10,660 bases of DNA from Polyangiaceae bacterium (GTDB lineage: Bacteria; Myxococcota_A; Polyangia; Polyangiales; Polyangiaceae), in assembly GCA_044222475.1 (NCBI GenBank), contig JBGANF010000199.1:1-10660 (forward strand). Direction: 5' to 3'. Made by a program: the position numbers and the translations under genes. This document shows positions 6,494 through 10,660 of the stretch, in pieces. A model generated the notes under the pieces. That model saw only the letters and a program-made list of their open reading frames with translations, searched no databases and was not told the DNA's origin. Each line of letters opens with the position of its first letter. Positions within the stretch are counted from its first letter, which is position 1.

Positions 6494-8548
6494 ATGTCCT
6501 TCGCTCGCTTTGCCCCGCTTTTCCTGGCTCTAGGTCCCGCGCTCTCCGGTGGGTGGAGCTGCACCTCGACCGACCCGACCGTCGAAACCGGGACCGTCGT
6601 CGACTTCGATCTGTCCGCGGATCTCTCCAAGCCCGACGACTTCTTCCGCATGCCCTGGCCGACCGACCTGCGGCTCACGCCGGCGGGAACGCCCGACCTG
6701 GCGGGCTTCCCCAACCCGCTCGACCTCACTCTCGTGGGCGGGCTCGTGAAGGCCGCGCAGCAGCGCAAGGGCTTCCCCCAGATCTCGATCGCCCAGTTCC
6801 ATTTCTCGGCCGCGCTCGCCGCGCAGGACTCGACGAAGGTGATCGCCGCGGTGAAGGACTCGCCGATCCTCCTCGTCGACGTCGACGAGAAATCGCCCGA
6901 GCGCGGGCGCCTCTTCCCCGTCGTCGCGGTGACGCCTCCGGCGGATCGCTACGTGAGCGAAGGCCACCTCTCGATCGCACCGCGTCCGGGCTTCATCCTC
7001 CACGAGAACCGCAAGTACGCGTTCGTCGTGCGCGCATCGCTGAAGGACGCGACCGGGAAAGACCTCGCGGTCGCTCCGTCGTTCCGCGCGATGAAGGCGC
7101 TCGAAGCGCCCGGCGGCGATCCCGCGCTGCGCGCGTGGAAGAACTACGAGCCGCTGTGGCCCACGCTGCGTCAGATCGGCGTCGACCCGACGGACGTCGT
7201 CGCGGCGACGGTGTTCACCACCGGCGACGTCGTCCAGGAGCTCGCCGATCTGTCGAGCCTCGTGCGTCAGAAGTACTCGGTCACCATCACCGACGTCGCC
7301 GTCGATCCGGCCGACGGCGTGAAGCACGATCGGTTCTGCGAGCTGAAGGGCAAGGTCGTCTACCCGCAGTTCCAGAAGGGCGCGCCCCCGTTCGACACCG
7401 AAGGCCTCTTCGAGATCGGGCCCGACGGCGTCCCGATCAAGCAACGCGAAGAGACCGCGCCGATCTCGATCACGCTGCCGAAGACGGCGATGCCGGTCGG
7501 CGGGTACCCGCTCGTCCTCTACTTCCACGGCTCCGGTGGGCTCAGCGACGCCCTCGTCGACGAGGGGCCGTCGCTCAAGCCGGGCGACGAAGGCGTCGTC
7601 GGCGAAGGCCCGGCGTACGTTCTCTCTCCTCACGGCTTCGCGGTCGCGGGCAGCGCGCTCCCGGTGAACCCGGAGCGCTTCCCCGGCGCGATCGAGACGC
7701 AGTACCTCAACTTCAACAACCTCGCCTCGTTCCGCGACATCTTCCGCCAAGGCGTGTCCGAGCAGCGCATGTTCATCGACGCGCTCGAGAAGGTGACGAT
7801 CGACCCGAGCGTCGTCGCGGGTTGCACGGGGCTCTCGCTGCCCAACGGCGAGACCAACTACCACTTCAGCATGACGCCGCTGCTCGCTCAGGGGCAGTCG
7901 ATGGGCGGCATGTACACGAACCTCGTGAGCGCGGTGGAGCCGCGCATCAAGGCGTCGGTCCCGACTGGCGCCGGCGGCTTCTGGGGATACATGGTGCTCA
8001 CGACGAAGGTCGTCGATGGCGCGGCCGGCAAGCTCAAGGTCGTCCTCGGGACCGGCGATCTCACGTTCATGCACCCGACGCTCTCTCTCCTCGAGACCGC
8101 GTGGGAGGTCGCCGAGCCTTACGTCTTCATGCCGCGTCTCGCGCATCGTCCCCTTTCGGGACACACCGCGCGCTCGATCTACGAGCCCGCCGGGAAGGAC
8201 GACCGCTACTTCTCGATCGGCGTCTACGATGGCGCCGCGCTCGCGTACGGCCACGTCCAAGCCGGCAACGACGTGTGGCCGTCGATGCAGGAGGCGCTCG
8301 CGTTGGACGGTCGCGGTGGCATCCGCACGCTACCCCTGTCGCAGAACATGAAGAGCGAGAGCGGCGAGACGTACACCGGCGCCATCCTCCAGTACGAAGG
8401 CGACGGCATCGCGGATCCGCATTCGATCTACCGCCAGCTCGACGCCGTCAAATATCAGTACGGCTGCTTCCTCGAGACGTTCCGGAAGAAGGGCGTCGCC
8501 ACGATCCCCGCGCCCGACAAGCTCGGTACGCCGTGCCCCGGTCTCTGA
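6494..8548 (+). CDS. Large exported (probably lipoprotein) alpha/beta-fold hydrolase with an N-terminal accessory region, ~684 aa
   Basis: Signal peptide MSFARFAPLFLALGPALSGGWS-C. 'FFRMPWPTDLR' resembles the PFP(S/N)D motif of exported lipase-like proteins. Oxyanion-type 'VLYFHGSGG' and nucleophile elbow 'GQSMGG'; candidate Asp in 'GKDDRYF' and His in 'DPH'. ATG 6494 is preferred over GTG 6470. Confidence 0.8.
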   Translation: MSFARFAPLFLALGPALSGGWSCTSTDPTVETGTVVDFDLSADLSKPDDFFRMPWPTDLRLTPAGTPDLAGFPNPLDLTLVGGLVKAAQQRKGFPQISIAQFHFSAALAAQDSTKVIAAVKDSPILLVDVDEKSPERGRLFPVVAVTPPADRYVSEGHLSIAPRPGFILHENRKYAFVVRASLKDATGKDLAVAPSFRAMKALEAPGGDPALRAWKNYEPLWPTLRQIGVDPTDVVAATVFTTGDVVQELADLSSLVRQKYSVTITDVAVDPADGVKHDRFCELKGKVVYPQFQKGAPPFDTEGLFEIGPDGVPIKQREETAPISITLPKTAMPVGGYPLVLYFHGSGGLSDALVDEGPSLKPGDEGVVGEGPAYVLSPHGFAVAGSALPVNPERFPGAIETQYLNFNNLASFRDIFRQGVSEQRMFIDALEKVTIDPSVVAGCTGLSLPNGETNYHFSMTPLLAQGQSMGGMYTNLVSAVEPRIKASVPTGAGGFWGYMVLTTKVVDGAAGKLKVVLGTGDLTFMHPTLSLLETAWEVAEPYVFMPRLAHRPLSGHTARSIYEPAGKDDRYFSIGVYDGAALAYGHVQAGNDVWPSMQEALALDGRGGIRTLPLSQNMKSESGETYTGAILQYEGDGIADPHSIYRQLDAVKYQYGCFLETFRKKGVATIPAPDKLGTPCPGL

Positions 8549-8557
8549 CGACGACCG

Positions 8558-9625
8558 TCACTGGAGGCAGCCGATGGGCGCCTTCGCGATCACCATGTCG
8601 TCGTACTCGACGCTGCCACCCGGCCCGGCCGTGATGTAGTTCTGCGGCCAGAACGCGTTCAGCTGGAGCGCGGTGGTGCTCCGCCACTGCAGATCGAGCG
8701 GGACGTACGGCTGAGCGCAGAGGTTCGGGTAGTTGCACTCGGGGCCGTCCCAGCCGGTCGCGCAGAACTTGTCCTTGATCCAACAGCCGACCGGCGCCTT
8801 GTCGTCGAAGTGGGCCACCGACGCGCCGTTCACCCAGAGGTCGAGCTCGGCACCTGCACCGCTCGCCGCGCTCGGGTTGAGCTTCACGTGGAGCTCGACG
8901 CACATCCACGTGTCGTCCGGTGCGACCGACGACTTGCGATGGATGAGCGTGTTCCCGTAATAGGCGGTGTTGCCGGATGGGACGTCCATCCACGAGTGCA
9001 TCTTCATCCAGTAGTCGTAGAAGTCCATCCGCGGATTGGGGGATCCGTCCGCGCCGACGGGCTCGTACGAGACCGAGAAGCGATCGTCCCCGTTGGGCTT
9101 CAGCCCGGCCTGCGGGCTCGGGTAGTTGGAGGCCGGGTTGTACCCGCCCACCCACACGCCGGTGTGGTGCCACTGAATCCCCTTTTGGTACTTCGCGTAG
9201 TACCGGACCCAGAGCTCGTCGAAGCCGGGCGTCAGCTTCTTGAACAGGTCCGATGCAGGCGCGTTCGGATCCGCGTAGAACTTCCCCGACGCCTTGCCGC
9301 AGCTCTTGGGCGGGACGTCGGCGGCGAGCGTGATGCCGCCCGGCTTCTTGTCCTCGTACCTGGCCGTCAGCGCCTGGACCGTCCCCTCCTCGAAGCCCTC
9401 GGTGAAGACGACGGCCGGATCGGTCTCGATGCCCTTGTCGCAGGGGTACTTCGAGGCGAGCCCACCCGCGGCCGCGCCGTCGGTACCTGGCGCGTCGGGC
9501 GAGGTGCCGGTGTCGCTCGACGATTCGATCGACCCGTCGGGCGAGGTGCCGCCGTCGGCGGTCGCAGCGTCGGTCGAGCCGCATGCGAGAGCGAGGACGG
9601 CGAGGGAAAGGGCGGCTCGGCGCAT
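8558..9625 (-). CDS. Putative lipoprotein with polysaccharide-lyase-like / concanavalin A-like beta-sandwich domain, ~355 aa
   Basis: MRRAALSLAVLALA-C signal/lipobox, D/G/T/S/P linker, then 'VVFTEGFE', 'ELWVRYYAKY', 'WMCVELHVKLN...ELDLWVNG', 'YDDMVIA'. This strand pattern is typical of jelly-roll lyase-like domains. The CDS is secure; the function is inferred. Confidence 0.75.
   Translation of the reverse strand: MRRAALSLAVLALACGSTDAATADGGTSPDGSIESSSDTGTSPDAPGTDGAAAGGLASKYPCDKGIETDPAVVFTEGFEEGTVQALTARYEDKKPGGITLAADVPPKSCGKASGKFYADPNAPASDLFKKLTPGFDELWVRYYAKYQKGIQWHHTGVWVGGYNPASNYPSPQAGLKPNGDDRFSVSYEPVGADGSPNPRMDFYDYWMKMHSWMDVPSGNTAYYGNTLIHRKSSVAPDDTWMCVELHVKLNPSAASGAGAELDLWVNGASVAHFDDKAPVGCWIKDKFCATGWDGPECNYPNLCAQPYVPLDLQWRSTTALQLNAFWPQNYITAGPGGSVEYDDMVIAKAPIGCLQ
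9493..9551. repeat. 17-bp direct repeat (CGTCGGGCGAGGTGCCG, 42-bp period) in the lipoprotein linker
   Basis: Copies at 9493-9509 and 9535-9551 encode GTSPD twice (DGGTSPDG / DTGTSPDA). Confidence 0.8.
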
Positions 9626-9630
9626 GGCCC

Positions 9631-9639
9631 ATGGTAGCA
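9631..9639 (-). promoter_or_regulatory. Extended -10-like element TGC-TACCAT, 5 nt upstream of ATG 9625
   Basis: Minus strand reads TGCTACCATgggccATG, an exact TGn-TAnnnT with no SD. Confidence 0.5.
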
Positions 9640-9657
9640 AAAAGCGACCGCTGGTCG

Positions 9658-9686
9658 GTCACGGATCCTCGGCTCGGTGCTAGAAC
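9658..9686 (+). promoter_or_regulatory. Candidate promoter of the peptide-ECF-anti-sigma unit (GTCACG-N16-CTAGAA, overlapping TGC-TAGAAC)
   Basis: GTCACG at 9658-9663 resembles ECF-type -35 boxes (GTAAC/GTCAC). TGCTAGAAC at 9678-9686 lies 5 nt before ATG 9692. Confidence 0.3.
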
Positions 9687-9691
9687 GAGGC

Positions 9692-9883
9692 ATGATGACG
9701 AGAATCCGAAAGCACTGGCGCGCGATTTCGACGGGGATGCTCGTCGCCTCCCTCCTCGCCGTGGGCGCGTTCGAAGCGAACCGCTACGTGAACGGGAGCG
9801 ACTGCTGTTACCCCGGCTCCTCGTGCTGTCACCCCGGAGCGGCGTGCTGCAACGGGCATCACGGCGCGGTCGCGGCGCGCTGA
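9692..9883 (+). CDS. Small exported or membrane-anchored Cys/His-rich peptide (62-63 aa) with CC-x5-CC-x5-CC motif
   Basis: MMTRIRKHWR (basic n-region), AISTGMLVASLLAVGAFEA (hydrophobic h-region), then NRYVNGSDCCYPGSSCCHPGAACCNGHHGAVAAR. Start is ATG 9692 or 9695 (GAGG at 9687-9690). It fills the gap between a divergent gene and the sigma gene 9 bp downstream, and has G/C-ending codons. Confidence 0.75.
   Translation: MMTRIRKHWRAISTGMLVASLLAVGAFEANRYVNGSDCCYPGSSCCHPGAACCNGHHGAVAAR
9803..9850 (+). repeat. 21-bp imperfect tandem repeat encoding CC(Y/H)PGxx
   Basis: TGCTGTTACCCCGGCTCCTCG / TGCTGTCACCCCGGAGCGGCG / TGCTGC. Confidence 0.8.
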
Positions 9884-9892
9884 AGGTGGCCT

Positions 9893-10429
9893 TTGAACGA
9901 GGCGGAGCTCGACGCGCGAATGGCGAGGCTCTCGGCGGGTGAACGCGCCGAGTTCGAGCCGGTGTATCGCGAGCTCCTCCCTCGGGCGCGTCGGGTTGCC
10001 TGTCGCGTCGTGGCGCCCGACTCGGCCGACGACGTCGCGCAGCAAGCGCTCGTCGCCGTGTTCGAGCGCGCGTGCGAGTTCACCCCGGGGAGGCCGTGCC
10101 TTCCTTGGTTCTACGCGATCGTCGCCAACGAGCTCCGCTCGGTCGTTCGCCGCGACCAACGCGCGATCCGTCGCACCGCGAACGTCGCGGACGCGAGCGC
10201 GCTTCCGGGCAAAGAGGACCCGGAGTCCGTCCTCGTCGAGCGCGAGCTCCGCCGCGCGCTCGAGCTAGCCCGCTCCGCGTTGGACGACATGTCGGCCGAA
10301 GCGATTGCGGTGATGCTCGGCGAGGCGGAGTCACCCGACGTGCCGAACGCGACGCTCCGCAAGCGGCTGTCGCGCGCGATCGCACGTCTTCGCGTCATCC
10401 TCGCGGGCCCTGGAGGGATCGATGTCTGA
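9893..10429 (+). CDS. ECF-family RNA polymerase sigma factor (178 aa)
   Basis: 'LDARMARLSAGERAEFEPVYREL' (typical ECF N-terminus); region 2 'ADDVAQQALVAVFE...F...CLPWFYAIVANE'; region 4.2-like 'ATLRKRLSRAIARLR'. TTG start after AAGGTGG. Confidence 0.9.
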   Translation: MNEAELDARMARLSAGERAEFEPVYRELLPRARRVACRVVAPDSADDVAQQALVAVFERACEFTPGRPCLPWFYAIVANELRSVVRRDQRAIRRTANVADASALPGKEDPESVLVERELRRALELARSALDDMSAEAIAVMLGEAESPDVPNATLRKRLSRAIARLRVILAGPGGIDV

Positions 10430-10660
10430 CCTGGTGTCGTTGAATCGCGCGCGGCGCGCGTACGAGTGGGGTCGGCTGCGCAGCGCGCTCGCGCGGGGTG
10501 TGGTGCTCACCGGCGCGCTGGCGATCGTGTCGGCGATGACGCTCGGTGTTCGAGCGCTCCCGTGGCTCGCGGTCGCGTTCGTGGCGATCGTCTTCGGCGA
10601 GTGGCGCGGCTCCTTCTTCGGTGCCGGTGCGCGTCGCGGCTTCCTGCTCGGCGCGATCGC
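10422..10660 (+). CDS. Multi-TM membrane protein, probable cognate anti-sigma factor (partial, runs off the window)
   Basis: ATG 10422 is preceded by GGAGG (10412-10416) and overlaps the sigma stop (ATGTCTGA). Hand translation: MSDLVSLNRARRAYEWGRLRSALARGVVLTGALAIVSAMTLGVRALPWLAVAFVAIVFGEWRGSFFGAGARRGFLLGAI..., with no stop to the window end. The anti-sigma role is inferred from position and topology. Confidence 0.75.
   Translation, partial: MSDLVSLNRARRAYEWGRLRSALARGVVLTGALAIVSAMTLGVRALPWLAVAFVAIVFGEWRGSFFGAGARRGFLLGAI

Noticed and set aside
5112..6533. 473-aa and 272-aa + strand ORFs opposite the Cys-repeat lipoprotein
   Set aside because: Antisense shadows. The minus-strand gene has an SD, a lipobox and a coherent domain structure.
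6530..8634. 693-aa (+) and 576-aa (-) ORFs overlapping the hydrolase
   Set aside because: Arg/Pro-rich alternative-frame or antisense products caused by stop-codon scarcity in GC-rich DNA.
8448..9662. 404-aa minus-strand ORF and 275-aa plus-strand ORF over the lyase-like gene
   Set aside because: Arg-rich off-frame or antisense translations with no motifs.
9803..9850. Definite RiPP cluster, or homology of the CC peptide to conotoxins or heat-stable enterotoxin
   Set aside because: No modifying enzyme, peptidase or transporter gene lies in the window, and the Cys spacing differs from those toxins. Kept only as a hypothesis.
1..10660. CRISPR array, tRNA/rRNA, IS or prophage
   Set aside because: No regularly spaced repeats with unique spacers, no cloverleaf or rRNA-like segment, and no transposase, integrase or phage genes. 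Nearly all sequence is accounted for by CDSs, and intergenic gaps are under 130 bp.

Overview
Very GC-rich bacterial DNA. The Cys-rich lipoproteins with Asp/Ala/Gly linkers suggest Myxococcota (Polyangiaceae-like), but this is inference. About 11 tightly packed genes, in order: the 3' part of a sensor histidine kinase; a convergent two-gene unit (membrane protein with a charge-block tail, coupled to a membrane-anchored CE4/NodB polysaccharide deacetylase); a RecD2-type SF1B helicase divergent from a MarC-family membrane protein; three putative lipoproteins (Cys-repeat surface protein, large alpha/beta-hydrolase, polysaccharide-lyase-like beta-sandwich protein); and a compact three-gene unit at the right end. 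That unit encodes a ~63-aa exported peptide with a CC-x5-CC-x5-CC-x2-HH motif, an ECF sigma factor with an atypically short region 4, and an overlapping multi-TM probable anti-sigma gene (truncated by the window, absent from the ORF track). It is the best candidate for an undescribed system, possibly metal or thiol-redox sensing and buffering. A TGCTAnnn(T/C) extended -10-like motif lies 5-7 nt before three start codons, suggesting leaderless transcripts. No rRNA, tRNA, CRISPR array or mobile element was seen.
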